Below, piece after piece: positions 31,059 to 41,256 of a stretch of 64,000 nt of DNA. This DNA is from Candidatus Krumholzibacteriia bacterium (GTDB lineage: Bacteria > Krumholzibacteriota > Krumholzibacteriia > JAJRXK01), in the NCBI GenBank assembly GCA_041484665.1, contig JBGPIA010000015.1, positions 1 through 64,000 on the forward strand, written 5' to 3'. Position 1 is the first letter of the stretch, and every line of letters starts with the position of its first letter. The translations under genes and the position numbers were made by a program. The notes beneath the pieces are model-generated. The model was not told the origin of the DNA. It saw nothing but the letters and a program-made list of their open reading frames with translations, and made no database searches.

Positions 31059-32123
31059 ATGAAGATCCTCGTGACCGGAAACATGGGCTACGTCGGTCCG
31101 GTCGTCGTGGAGCACCTGCGCAGGACGTTCCCCGACGCCGAGATCGACGGATTCGACGCGGGATTCTTCGGTTCCTGCCTGACCGGTACGGACACCCTGC
31201 CCGAGTGCCTGCTGGACCGGCAGTTCTTCGGCGACGTGCGGGACTGCGACGGCTCGCTCCTGAAGGGAACGGACGTCGTGGTCCATCTCGCGGCGATCTC
31301 GAATGATCCCATGGGGAACGTCTACGAGAAGGTCACCTACGACATCAATCACGTCGCCACGGTGGAGCTCGCCAGGCTGGCTCGCGCCGCCGGTGTGGGA
31401 GCCTTCGTCTTCGCGTCGAGCTGCAGCATGTACGGCTTCGCTGACCGCCAGCCGCGATCGGAAAGCTCTCCGCTCGACCCGCTGACGCCGTACGCGAAAT
31501 CCAAGGTCATGGCCGAGAACGACCTGCGCCAGCTGGCGGCACCGGGCTTCCGGGTGACGAGCCTGCGGTTCGCCACCGCCTGTGGTATGAGCACCCGGCT
31601 GCGGCTGGATCTGGTCCTGAACGACTTCGTCGCCTGCGCGGTGGCCGGACAGACCATCACCGTGCTGAGCGACGGCAGCCCATGGCGGCCACTGATCAAC
31701 GTAAGGGACATGGCCCGCGCCGTGGAGTGGGCGATCGCCAGGGAACCAGCGGGTGCCGACGCCTCGTACCTCGCGATCAACGTGGGATGCGACGAGTGGA
31801 ACTACCAGATCAGGGATCTGGCCAACGCCGTCGCCGCCCGGATCGAGGGAAGCGCGGTCTCGATCAACCAGCAGGCTCCTCCCGACAAACGCTCCTACCG
31901 GGTGGACTTCGAGCTGTTCAAACGCCTGGCGCCTGATCACCAGCCGGCCCTCGATCTCGGTCGCTCGATCCTCGAGCTGGGGGACGGGCTGGCGGCCATG
32001 GGGTTTCAGGACGGCGCGTTCCGCAGCTCGGGCCTGATGCGCATCAACCACCTGACCAGGCTGCGCGAGAAAGGTGTCCTCGACGACGAGCTCCGGTGGA
32101 CCAGGAGGATGGCCATCGCCTAG
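31059..32123 (+). CDS. NAD-dependent epimerase/dehydratase (extended SDR)
   Basis: ILVTGNMGYVG, HLAAISNDP, SSCSMYG, YAKSK and RLDLVLN. Confidence 0.93.
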   Translation: MKILVTGNMGYVGPVVVEHLRRTFPDAEIDGFDAGFFGSCLTGTDTLPECLLDRQFFGDVRDCDGSLLKGTDVVVHLAAISNDPMGNVYEKVTYDINHVATVELARLARAAGVGAFVFASSCSMYGFADRQPRSESSPLDPLTPYAKSKVMAENDLRQLAAPGFRVTSLRFATACGMSTRLRLDLVLNDFVACAVAGQTITVLSDGSPWRPLINVRDMARAVEWAIAREPAGADASYLAINVGCDEWNYQIRDLANAVAARIEGSAVSINQQAPPDKRSYRVDFELFKRLAPDHQPALDLGRSILELGDGLAAMGFQDGAFRSSGLMRINHLTRLREKGVLDDELRWTRRMAIA

Positions 32124-32232
32124 GCTGGTGACTGCGCCCGGTCCCCGCAGGAGACTCCCCAGCGGGTCGCCCTGAGCCCCCGCCGCCGCGACCGGGGGGA
32201 TTCCCATCATTCCACGCGCGAAACGTATTCCC

Positions 32233-33477
32233 ATGAAGAACATCCCTTCCCCTGCGTGCCGGTTCTGTGGCCTCGAGCTGCATCACTCCTTCGTCGACCT
32301 GGGAATGTCGCCGCTCTGCGAGAGCTATCTCAGCGCCGATCAGCTCGATCGCAGCGAGGCCTTCTATCCGCTGCACGTACGCGTCTGCTCCGAGTGCTTT
32401 CTCGTGCAGCTGGAGGAGTACGTCTCGGCAGACGAGATCTTCACTGAATATGCCTACTTCTCCTCCTACTCCACGTCCTGGATCGAGCACGCCCGCAGCT
32501 ACGTCGAGATGATCACGTCTCGGCTCGGGCTGGGCGAGCACAGTCTGGTCGTCGAGCTGGCGAGCAACGACGGATACCTCCTCCAGCACTTCCTGCCGCA
32601 CCGCGTTGCGGTCCTGGGCGTCGAGCCGGCCGGCAACGTAGCGAAAGCCGCCGTGGCAAAGGGAATCCCGACGCTCGTGGAGTTCTTCGGAGAGCGGTCC
32701 GCCACGCGGCTGCGCGACGAGGGGCGCCGCCCCGACCTGATCATCGGGAACAACGTCCTGGCCCAGGTGCCGGACGTGAATGACTTCGTCAAGGGGATGG
32801 CGATCCTGTTGGGTCCCCGGGGGGTGATCACCCTGGAGTTTCCCCACTTGGTACGCCTGATCGACGGGAACCAGTTCGACACCATCTACCACGAGCACTT
32901 TTCCTATTTCTCGCTGCACACCGCGGTTTTGATCCTGCAGCACCACGGGCTCGTGGTCTTCGACGTCGAGGAGATTCCTACGCACGGTGGATCGCTGCGC
33001 GTCTACGCGCGGCCGGCGGACGACCTGTCCAAACCGGTCGGGCGCAGCGTCGCCGATCTGCTGGCGCGCGAGGAGGCGCTGGGGATCGCCCAGCTGGCCT
33101 ACTACCAGGCCTTCGGTGAGCGGGTGAAGCAGACCAAGCGCAAGCTCCTGAGCTTCCTCATCTCCGCCAAGGAATCGGGAAAGCGCGTTGCTGGCTACGG
33201 CGCGCCCGGCAAGGGGAATACCCTGCTGAACTACTGCGGGATCCGGACCGATTTCCTGGACTACACCGTCGATCGTAATCCCTACAAGCACGGCAAGTAT
33301 CTGCCGGGCACGCATATTCCCATCTTCGACGTCGACCGGATCGCACAGAGCCGCCCGGACTATCTCCTCATCCTGCCGTGGAACCTGAAGGACGAGATCA
33401 TGGCGCAGACGTCCTACATCCGCGAGTGGGGAGGCAAACACGTGGTGCCCATCCCGGCGGTGGAGGTGTACGGATGA
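32233..33477 (+). CDS. NDP-sugar C-methyltransferase (Zn-binding, TylC3/NovU-like)
   Basis: CRFC..C..C zinc site, ELASNDGYLL, FDTIYHEH and GYGAPGKGNTLLN. Confidence 0.93.
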   Translation: MKNIPSPACRFCGLELHHSFVDLGMSPLCESYLSADQLDRSEAFYPLHVRVCSECFLVQLEEYVSADEIFTEYAYFSSYSTSWIEHARSYVEMITSRLGLGEHSLVVELASNDGYLLQHFLPHRVAVLGVEPAGNVAKAAVAKGIPTLVEFFGERSATRLRDEGRRPDLIIGNNVLAQVPDVNDFVKGMAILLGPRGVITLEFPHLVRLIDGNQFDTIYHEHFSYFSLHTAVLILQHHGLVVFDVEEIPTHGGSLRVYARPADDLSKPVGRSVADLLAREEALGIAQLAYYQAFGERVKQTKRKLLSFLISAKESGKRVAGYGAPGKGNTLLNYCGIRTDFLDYTVDRNPYKHGKYLPGTHIPIFDVDRIAQSRPDYLLILPWNLKDEIMAQTSYIREWGGKHVVPIPAVEVYG

Positions 33478-34001
33478 TCTTCACCGCCACGCCTCTTGCG
33501 GGAGCGTTCATCGTCGACATCGAGCGCAAGGAGGACCCCAGAGGGTTTTTCGCCCGCTCCTGGTGCCAAAGAGAGGCGAAGGAGCTCGGCATCGACGTGG
33601 AGTGGGTCCAGTGCAACATCTCGTTCAATCATCGGCGGGGCACGCTGCGGGGGATGCACTTCCAGTCCCCGAACTGGGAGGCCAAGCTCGTCCGCGTCAC
33701 GCAGGGATCCATCTTCGACGTCATCGTGGATCTAAGGCGCTCGTCGGCCACCTACAAACAGCACCTCGGTGTGGTGCTGAGCGCCGCCGACCGGCGCATG
33801 CTGTTCGTCCCCAAGGGCTTCGCCCACGGCTTCCTGAGCCTCGACGACCGCACGGAGGTCTTCTACCACATGTCGGAGTTCTACACCCCCGAACAGGCGC
33901 GGGGATTCCGCTGGGACGATCCCCAATTCGCGATCGCCTGGCCCGATGGAGAGAAGATCCTCTCCGACCGCGACCGGGACCTACCCTTCTTTGCGCCATG
34001 A
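33474..34001 (+). CDS. rfbC: dTDP-4-dehydrorhamnose 3,5-epimerase family (RmlC)
   Basis: DPRGFF, GTLRGMHFQ, KLVRV..DVIVDLR and GFAHGF. ATGA overlap. Confidence 0.92.
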   Translation: MIFTATPLAGAFIVDIERKEDPRGFFARSWCQREAKELGIDVEWVQCNISFNHRRGTLRGMHFQSPNWEAKLVRVTQGSIFDVIVDLRRSSATYKQHLGVVLSAADRRMLFVPKGFAHGFLSLDDRTEVFYHMSEFYTPEQARGFRWDDPQFAIAWPDGEKILSDRDRDLPFFAP

Positions 34002-35311
34002 CCAGCCTCGAGGAGCTCTGCACGCACCTGCCAAAGCAGATCGGCGCCGACATGATGGCGCTGGTCGAGGAGCTCTACCCCATCTGCCGGAGCATCACGG
34101 GCGAGGGGCTGCGCGCTACGCTCCAGATCGTTCGCCGGACGATCCCGCTCGTGATCCACGAGGTTCCCAGCGGTACCGCCGTCTTCGACTGGACGGTGCC
34201 CAAGGAATGGAACATCCGGGACGCGTACGTGGCGAACTCCCGCGGCGAAAAGGTCGTGGATTTCCGCCGATCCAACCTGCACGTGGTCAACTACAGTGTT
34301 CCCGTGCGCGCCAGAATGACTCTGGCGGAATTGCGACCCCACCTTCACACCCTGCCGGATCGGCCGGACTGGATCCCCTATCGGACCACCTACTATGACC
34401 AGAGCTGGGGGTTCTGCCTCCGTCACCGGGACTTTCTCGCGCTAAAGGACGACCAGTACGAGGTCGTCATCGACTCGTCATTGGAGGATGGACACCTCAC
34501 GTACGGGGAGCTGCATCTGCCCGGGCAGCAGGAAGACGAGATCCTGCTGACGACCCACGTATGCCATCCCTCGATGTGCAACGACAACCTGTCGGGCATC
34601 GCCGTTCTGACGAGCCTGGCGAACGCGCTGCTGGGCGCGCAGCGGCGGTATTCCTACCGGATCCTCTTCATCCCCGGGACCATCGGTTCCATCACGTGGC
34701 TGGCCCGCAACCGCCAGGGTGCTTCCCGGATCCGTCACGGGCTCGTGCTGGCGGGTGTGGGCGATCGCGGCGCGATCAGCTACAAGCGGAGCCGACGTGG
34801 CGACGCGGAGATCGACCGGGCGGTGATGCAGGTCCTGCGGGATTCCGGTGCCCAGCACAGGATTCTGGACTTTTCTCCGTACGGCTACGACGAGCGACAG
34901 TTCTGCTCTCCGGGCTTCGACCTCCCCGTCGGACGTTTCTCCCGGTCGGAGTACGGGACGTATCCGGAATACCACAGCTCGGCGGACGATCTGGAATTCG
35001 TGGCGGCCGCGTCCCTGGAGGACTCCTACGCGAACTTGATGCGAGTCCTGTTCGTCCTGGAGTCCAACGAGACGTTCACCAACCAGAATCCCTGGTGCGA
35101 GCCTCAGCTCGGCAAGCGCGGCTTGTACGACAACCCGCAGCAGCGGGCCGACTGGGGACAGATCCGGCTGGCTCTTCTGTGGGTGCTGAACCTCTCCGAT
35201 GGAAAGCACTCCCTGCTAGACATCGCCGCACGGTCGCAGGCCGGGTTCGGGGCCATCTTGGGTGCGGCACGGGCGCTTGAGGCGGCTGGACTCCTGCGGC
35301 GGCAGCTCTGA
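33998..35311 (+). CDS. DUF4910-domain M28-peptidase-like protein (DUF2172 insert, C-terminal winged helix)
   Basis: PICRSITG, VFDWTVPKEWNI, IPYRTTYY, HVCHPSMCNDNLSG, GYDERQF, EYHSSADD and EPQLGKRGLY. Confidence 0.9.
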   Translation: MTSLEELCTHLPKQIGADMMALVEELYPICRSITGEGLRATLQIVRRTIPLVIHEVPSGTAVFDWTVPKEWNIRDAYVANSRGEKVVDFRRSNLHVVNYSVPVRARMTLAELRPHLHTLPDRPDWIPYRTTYYDQSWGFCLRHRDFLALKDDQYEVVIDSSLEDGHLTYGELHLPGQQEDEILLTTHVCHPSMCNDNLSGIAVLTSLANALLGAQRRYSYRILFIPGTIGSITWLARNRQGASRIRHGLVLAGVGDRGAISYKRSRRGDAEIDRAVMQVLRDSGAQHRILDFSPYGYDERQFCSPGFDLPVGRFSRSEYGTYPEYHSSADDLEFVAAASLEDSYANLMRVLFVLESNETFTNQNPWCEPQLGKRGLYDNPQQRADWGQIRLALLWVLNLSDGKHSLLDIAARSQAGFGAILGAARALEAAGLLRRQL

Positions 35312-35348
35312 TGCCGACGGACGCGCCCGGGCCTATCCTGCAGGCCCG

Positions 35349-36818
35349 ATGATGGGGATCATGGACGCGGCAAGCAACATCCGCAGAATCGCGCTCTACG
35401 GTCCCTTCGGGTGGGGGAACCTCGGGGACGCGTCCATCCAGGAAGCGATGATGCACAACGTTCGCCTCCGCCTGCGCACGGTGGAGTTCCTGGGAATCTC
35501 GTTGAACCCCGACAACACCGAGGCGATCCATGGCATCCCGTCCATCCCCATCCTGCGGACCTGGACGAGCCGTTCCCAACGGAGCACGCAGCAGGGCCCA
35601 TCGCGCGCAACGCCGCCGGTCGCAGGGGCCGGGGCTGGGATCAAGGCCCGTCTGGCCGGGATCCACGTCCTGCGCCCGATCCTGCGAACGCTGAAGCGCT
35701 GGGCCGAACCGGCGCGGGAGTTCCTCCGCGAGGTCCGTTTCCTGGCGCGCTCGGTCTCGATCCTGCGGCGGGTCGATGTCTTCGTCGTCTCGGGCGGGGG
35801 CCAGATCTCCGACGACTGGGGCGGGCCGTGGGACCACCCCTATTCGCTCCTGAAATGGATGCTCTGTGCCCGGCTGGCCAAAGCCCGCGTCTACGTCGTG
35901 AGCGTCGGAGCCGGCCCCATCCGCCGGCCGCTCAGCGGGTTCCTGTTCCGTGCGGCGCTGCGCCTGGCCCACTACCGCTCGTATCGCGACAGCGGATCCC
36001 TCGCCCTGGTGGCTCCGTTCGGATTCACGCGCCGTGACGACGTCTACCCGGACCTCGCGTTCAGCCTCCCGACCGGTTTGGCACCGCCCGGCACGGACCC
36101 GGGCCATCGTCCGCTCGTGATCGGCCTGAGCCCCATGGCGTACTGCTATCCGAAGGCCGGGCCATGGCCCGAGCAGGACCGCGCTCGGTACGTCCGCTAC
36201 CTGGGCGTTCTCTCCCAGATCACCGCTTCGCTGCTCGCGGCCGGGGACTCCGTCTCCATCCTCCTCTCCCAGATCCGCAACGACCGCTACGCCCTCGACG
36301 ACCTGGCCCGCGCGCTCGCCACCCAAGCCCCGGACGCTTCGAGCGCTCGCCTGCGCGTGGAGCCCACCGAGAGCCTCCCGCATCTGCTCGCCCAGATCGC
36401 GCACACCGACCTCGTGATCACATCGCGGCTCCACGGAGTGATCCTCTCGTACCTGCTCCACAAACCGGTGATCGCGCTGTCTTACGACCCGAAGATCCGC
36501 GCCGTCATGGAGCAATTCGGGCAGACGGCCTACTGTCTGGACCTGGAGAGCGCCACTGCGGAGCTGCTCGGCACGCGGATGGCCTCGCTCCGGTCGGAGC
36601 GCGGGGCCGTCACGGACCGGATCGGCGAGACCCTTGCCGAGCATCGGTCGCAACTGCAGCAGCAGTACGATCGCTTGTTCGGACCGCGCGCCGCTTCGCC
36701 CCGTTGCGAGGATGGCACGGACGACCTCAGCGCACGTGCATCGGGCAGTTCCGACCCACAGCTCGAGGCCGGCCTTCAGCAGCACTCGACCCCGCAGATC
36801 CATGCGGCCGGACACTAG
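35349..36818 (+). CDS. Polysaccharide pyruvyl transferase family protein
   Basis: GWGNLGD, VSGGG, SVGAGP, SYRD..S, PDLAF, RLHG and LSYDPK. Start is one of ATG 35349/35352/35361. Confidence 0.9.
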   Translation: MMGIMDAASNIRRIALYGPFGWGNLGDASIQEAMMHNVRLRLRTVEFLGISLNPDNTEAIHGIPSIPILRTWTSRSQRSTQQGPSRATPPVAGAGAGIKARLAGIHVLRPILRTLKRWAEPAREFLREVRFLARSVSILRRVDVFVVSGGGQISDDWGGPWDHPYSLLKWMLCARLAKARVYVVSVGAGPIRRPLSGFLFRAALRLAHYRSYRDSGSLALVAPFGFTRRDDVYPDLAFSLPTGLAPPGTDPGHRPLVIGLSPMAYCYPKAGPWPEQDRARYVRYLGVLSQITASLLAAGDSVSILLSQIRNDRYALDDLARALATQAPDASSARLRVEPTESLPHLLAQIAHTDLVITSRLHGVILSYLLHKPVIALSYDPKIRAVMEQFGQTAYCLDLESATAELLGTRMASLRSERGAVTDRIGETLAEHRSQLQQQYDRLFGPRAASPRCEDGTDDLSARASGSSDPQLEAGLQQHSTPQIHAAGH

Positions 36819-36822
36819 CCCA

Positions 36823-37911
36823 ATGTCGACCGCCAACGATCCCGGATCCCAGCCGCTCGTCAGCGTGGTCACACCCGTCTACAACGCCGAGCCCTACCTG
36901 GCCGAGTGCATCGAGAGCGTTCTGGCCCAGACCTACGGCAACTGGGACTACACGATCCTCAACAACTGCAGCACGGACCGTTCGCTGGAGATCGCCCGAT
37001 CGTACGCGGCGCGCGACCCCAGGATCCGGGTCGAGAACAACGGCACCTTCCTTGGCCAGACCGGCAATCTGAACAAGGCGATGTCGTTGATCTCGCCGGA
37101 CAGCAAGTACGTGAAGATGGTCTTGGCCGACGACTGGATGTTCCCGAACTGTTTGTGGGAGATGGTCCGGGTCGCCGAGTTGCATCCGACGGCCGGCATC
37201 GTCAGCTCCTACCGCCTGGACGATCGCCGGGTGAACTGCGATGGCCTGCCCTATCCCAGCACCTTCGTCCGCGGCCGGGACATCTGTCGCGCGACCCTGC
37301 TCGGGGACATCTACGTGTTCGGCACCCCGAACACCCTCCTCTACCGAAGCGTCGACGCGCGGCAACGCGTGCCATTCTTCGATCAGGAGAGCCTGCACGA
37401 GGACACCGAGGTCTGCTACGAGATCCTGATGCATCGTGACCTGGGCTTCGTCCACCAGGTCCTGACGTTCACCCGCCGCCAGAACGAGTCGCTGGCGGCG
37501 GCTCGCAAGGTCCATGACCCGCAACATCTCCTCGACAAGCTCATCGTCACCCTGAAGTATGGGCCCCAATTCCTCGACCCGCAGGAGTACGAGGCCTGCC
37601 GCCGGAGGATCGAGGGCGATTACTACGATTTTCTGGCCGCCCGCAGTCTGCGGGGCGCCAGCTCTTCTTTCTGGGAGTATCACCGGGATGGCCTGAGTCC
37701 GACCCGCTATCGCATCCGGCGGAGCACCCTCGCGCGGCACGTCGCCGGCGCGGTGCTGCGCCAGCTCTTCGACCCCCTGGGCCTGGCCCGCAAGCTCCTG
37801 CGTGCCGTCCGCAGGGCGGTCGAGCGGTATCGCGGCGCGGGGCCCACAGCGGGGAGCCCGGATCGGCTGCAGACCACAGGGTCGGTTCCCGTCGACGCGA
37901 GGAAACGCTGA
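36823..37911 (+). CDS. Glycosyltransferase family 2
   Basis: VSVVTPVYN, NNCSTD, LADD and HED motifs. Confidence 0.92.
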   Translation: MSTANDPGSQPLVSVVTPVYNAEPYLAECIESVLAQTYGNWDYTILNNCSTDRSLEIARSYAARDPRIRVENNGTFLGQTGNLNKAMSLISPDSKYVKMVLADDWMFPNCLWEMVRVAELHPTAGIVSSYRLDDRRVNCDGLPYPSTFVRGRDICRATLLGDIYVFGTPNTLLYRSVDARQRVPFFDQESLHEDTEVCYEILMHRDLGFVHQVLTFTRRQNESLAAARKVHDPQHLLDKLIVTLKYGPQFLDPQEYEACRRRIEGDYYDFLAARSLRGASSSFWEYHRDGLSPTRYRIRRSTLARHVAGAVLRQLFDPLGLARKLLRAVRRAVERYRGAGPTAGSPDRLQTTGSVPVDARKR

Positions 37912-38696
37912 TGCTCGGTGCCGTGCGATCGGTGATCCGCCACAAGGATCTGTTGCTCATGCTCACGTGGCGCGACATCCACATCAAGTACAAGCAATCG
38001 ATCATGGGGTTCCTCTGGGCGCTCTTCATGCCCATGATCATCGTGGCCGCCGGGATCATGATCAAGCTGGCGTTCTCGTATATCTCCGCACAGCCGCTCG
38101 CGAAGCAGGGGATCATCACCATATCGGTGAAGTCGTTGCCGTGGGCGTTCTTTGTTTCGAGCGTCCGATTCTCGTCCAATTCCCTCGTTGCCAATCCCAA
38201 CCTGGTGACGAAGATCTACTTCCCGAGGATCATCTTCCCCGTGTCCGCAGTCATCGCCCAATTGTTCGACTTCGTGATCGCCAGCGTTGTTCTGGTGGTG
38301 ATCCTCGCGTTTCTGGGTGTGGGCGCGAGCACCCAGCTCTTGTGGGTGCCGCTGCTCGTCGGCATCCTCATCGTGCTCGTCCTGGGCCTGGGGATCTTCC
38401 TGTCGGCCGCCAACCTGTTCTTCCGGGACGTCAAGTACCTGGTGGAGGTCATCCTTACCTTCGCCATCTTCTTCACGCCGGTCTTCTACGAGGCCGAGAT
38501 GTTCGGACGGCGCGCTGATCTCCTGCTGCTGAACCCGATCGCGCCGATCCTGGAGGGACTGCGGGAGTGTGTGGTCCTGCATCGGGCCCCCGATCCGGGC
38601 TGGATCGGGTACAGCGGGGTCCTTGCTGTCGTGGTGCTGGTTCTCGCGATCAGGTCCTTCGTGAGGTTGGAGCCACGCTTCGCAGAGTCGATCTAG
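37911..38696 (+). CDS. wzm: ABC-2 polysaccharide export permease
   Basis: RDIHIKYKQSIMGFLW, LVTKIYFPR, FRDV, TPVFY and LNP. About 6 TMs. Confidence 0.93.
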   Translation: MLGAVRSVIRHKDLLLMLTWRDIHIKYKQSIMGFLWALFMPMIIVAAGIMIKLAFSYISAQPLAKQGIITISVKSLPWAFFVSSVRFSSNSLVANPNLVTKIYFPRIIFPVSAVIAQLFDFVIASVVLVVILAFLGVGASTQLLWVPLLVGILIVLVLGLGIFLSAANLFFRDVKYLVEVILTFAIFFTPVFYEAEMFGRRADLLLLNPIAPILEGLRECVVLHRAPDPGWIGYSGVLAVVVLVLAIRSFVRLEPRFAESI

Positions 38697-38706
38697 GAGA
38701 CGCCGC

Positions 38707-39903
38707 GTGAGCGACTTCGTTCTCGAGTTCGAGCAGGTATCCAAGAAGTTCCGCCGGGGGCAACTCCACGACTCCCTGCGGGATTTCCTCCCGTCGTTGG
38801 TCAGGACTGCGCTTCGCAGAGCGCGGAGCGCCGAGCTCGGGGAGCGGGAGTTCTGGGCCCTGCGGGACGTGTCGTTCGCCGTACCGAGGGGGACGGCGGT
38901 GGGGATCATCGGGCCCAACGGGGCGGGCAAGAGCACGATCCTCAAGATCCTGACCGGGATCATGAATCCAACCAGCGGCACCAAGAGCGTTCGCGGAAGC
39001 CTGTCCGCGCTGATCGAAGTGGGCGCCGGCTTCCACCCGGATCTCACTGGCCGGGAGAACGTCTTCCTGAATGGGACGATCCTCGGAATGAGCCGGCGGC
39101 AGATCAAGGCGAAGCTCGACGAGATCATCGAATTCTCCGGTTTGAGCGAGTTCATCGACACGCCCGTGAAGCGCTACTCGTCGGGGATGTACGCCCGCCT
39201 CGGATTCTCCATCGCATGTCACGTCGAGCCCGACATCCTGGTCGTCGACGAGGTGCTCAGCGTGGGAGACTGGGCATTCCAGAACAAGTCGATGGAGAAG
39301 ATGAAGAGCATCCTGCGCGGCGGGGCGACCGTGATCTTCGTATCACACAACCTCAAGGCGATCACGGAGCTGTGCGATCGGGCCGTGTACCTCGACAAGG
39401 GCAGGATCCAGAGCACCGGCCGCTCCAGCGAGGTGGTCGACGCCTACATCCGACGGGCCTCGGAAGCGGCTCGCGTCCCGCACGCGCGGGATGCCGAGGC
39501 GGTCATCGATCGGGTCGTGCTGCGGGGCGTGGATGGCGAGGTCGGCGTGTTCCGCCCTGGGGAGAAGGGATTCGTCGACGTGGTCATTTCATCTGCAACG
39601 TGCGACAAGCCGCTGGCCGTCGCCATCGCGCTGAGGGACGAAAACTACAATATGTTCTTCTACATCGACTCGGCGAGGCTCGAGGCCGAGCCGTTCCAGC
39701 TGCGCCCGGGCGAGTCGAAGACTCTGACGTTCGAGCTCGACATGCATCTGGCACCCGGCTCCTACTTCCTGAACGCGGCCTTGACCCGGCCCGATCTCGA
39801 TGTGACCGTGGACCATCGCCCCATGGCCGCAAGCTTCGTCGTGCACTCGGACGTGGACGTACGCGGGGTCGCCAATCTCTACCCGCGGCTCACGCGCTCC
39901 TGA
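38707..39903 (+). CDS. wzt: ABC polysaccharide export ATPase with C-terminal carbohydrate-binding domain
   Basis: GPNGAGKST, YSSGM, VDEVL and SH. ~140-aa Wzt_C-like extension (LAPGSY). Confidence 0.94.
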   Translation: MSDFVLEFEQVSKKFRRGQLHDSLRDFLPSLVRTALRRARSAELGEREFWALRDVSFAVPRGTAVGIIGPNGAGKSTILKILTGIMNPTSGTKSVRGSLSALIEVGAGFHPDLTGRENVFLNGTILGMSRRQIKAKLDEIIEFSGLSEFIDTPVKRYSSGMYARLGFSIACHVEPDILVVDEVLSVGDWAFQNKSMEKMKSILRGGATVIFVSHNLKAITELCDRAVYLDKGRIQSTGRSSEVVDAYIRRASEAARVPHARDAEAVIDRVVLRGVDGEVGVFRPGEKGFVDVVISSATCDKPLAVAIALRDENYNMFFYIDSARLEAEPFQLRPGESKTLTFELDMHLAPGSYFLNAALTRPDLDVTVDHRPMAASFVVHSDVDVRGVANLYPRLTRS

Positions 39904-39912
39904 GGCCGAACG

Positions 39913-41190
39913 ATGGAATCGCGCATCGGCACCCCGATGAGTACCTGCGCTGACAGCACAGCGGCTCTGGATGCGCCGGCCCGGCCCGCGATTGCGCCCA
40001 TGGCCTTGGTGTGTCTCGGGGAGCTTCCGTGGGAGAACTTCTGGAAGCGGAATCAGAGCATGATCTACCACCTGTCCCGGCTGCCGCTCTTCGAGCGCGT
40101 CGTCTTCGTCGATCCGCGGACGGTGTGGGTCCGCGACGAGCTCTTCGCCGGCGCTGGACCGCTCTGGACCCGCACCGTGCGCCTGTTCCGATGCATTCCG
40201 CGGAAGTACGATGACAAGATCCGTGTCTGTTGTCTGACGCACTTCCTCCCGTTCAAACAGCGCTTCCCGGGCGGGGGCCTCTTCGAAGAGTGGATCTTCA
40301 CCACCGTGCTGCGATTCCTGCGGGGCCGGCGACCCTATGTCCTCCTGAACAACAATCCGAACTTTCAGCCCAGGAGTCTTCTCGAGCAGCTCATGCGCGA
40401 GGCTGCGCTGCGGGTGTTCGACCTCTCGGACGATTTCGAGGAGTTCTACGAAGACGAGGCGCGTCGGACGATCTATCGTGACAACATCGAGTTTGCCTGC
40501 ACCCGATCCGAGGTCGTCCTCGCCGTGAACGAGCACGTCCAGCAGAAGTACAGCGTCTACAACCCCAGCACCTACGTCATACCCAACGCGACGAATTTCT
40601 GGAATTTCCGCCGGGACCACTACCGCCCGATTCCCTTTCTCGACAGGATCCGCGCCCAGGGCGGTCCGATCCTCGGCCACACCGGCACCATCAATCGCGT
40701 GCGAGTGGACTACGAACTGCTCGAGTCGCTCGTCCAGCGCAACCCTCGCTGGCAGTTCGTCTTCATCGGAGGCGCCGATCCGAGCTTCCTGTCCATCGTG
40801 GACAGACATCCCAATCTCCACTATCACCCGTCCGTGGCCTACAACGACCTCCCCAATTGGATCCACTACTTCGACGTCGGAATCATTCCTTTCCGGGTCA
40901 ACCAGCACACGAAGGGGAACGACCTCCTGAAGTTCAACGACTACCTCGCCATGGGGAAGGGGATCGTCACGACGAACATGGGGGGTGCGCACAGATACGA
41001 TGGGCTGCTCTGGGTGGCCTCAGACGCGCAGGAGTTCGCCGCTTGCATCGAGCAAGCGCTGGAGGGAACGTCCGAGGAGATGAGGGACCGCAGAATGGAC
41101 GTCGCTCGGCGGAACTCCTGGGAGGCGCGCGCTGGTGCCGTCCACTCCATCCTGGCGAAGCACCTGGAGGCAGGCGCGGCGGATCGCTAG
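39913..41190 (+). CDS. Glycosyltransferase, GT-B (TuaH/GumK-like)
   Basis: W..RNQ, FDLSDD, IPNAT, FDVGIIPF, KFNDYLAMGKGIV and NSW. Confidence 0.85.
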   Translation: MESRIGTPMSTCADSTAALDAPARPAIAPMALVCLGELPWENFWKRNQSMIYHLSRLPLFERVVFVDPRTVWVRDELFAGAGPLWTRTVRLFRCIPRKYDDKIRVCCLTHFLPFKQRFPGGGLFEEWIFTTVLRFLRGRRPYVLLNNNPNFQPRSLLEQLMREAALRVFDLSDDFEEFYEDEARRTIYRDNIEFACTRSEVVLAVNEHVQQKYSVYNPSTYVIPNATNFWNFRRDHYRPIPFLDRIRAQGGPILGHTGTINRVRVDYELLESLVQRNPRWQFVFIGGADPSFLSIVDRHPNLHYHPSVAYNDLPNWIHYFDVGIIPFRVNQHTKGNDLLKFNDYLAMGKGIVTTNMGGAHRYDGLLWVASDAQEFAACIEQALEGTSEEMRDRRMDVARRNSWEARAGAVHSILAKHLEAGAADR

Positions 41191-41256
41191 CGTGGCGGTC
41201 GGATTCGACTCCAGCAGGCAGGGCAGAGTACCGGGCGATCAGGGGGAGACGAGACG

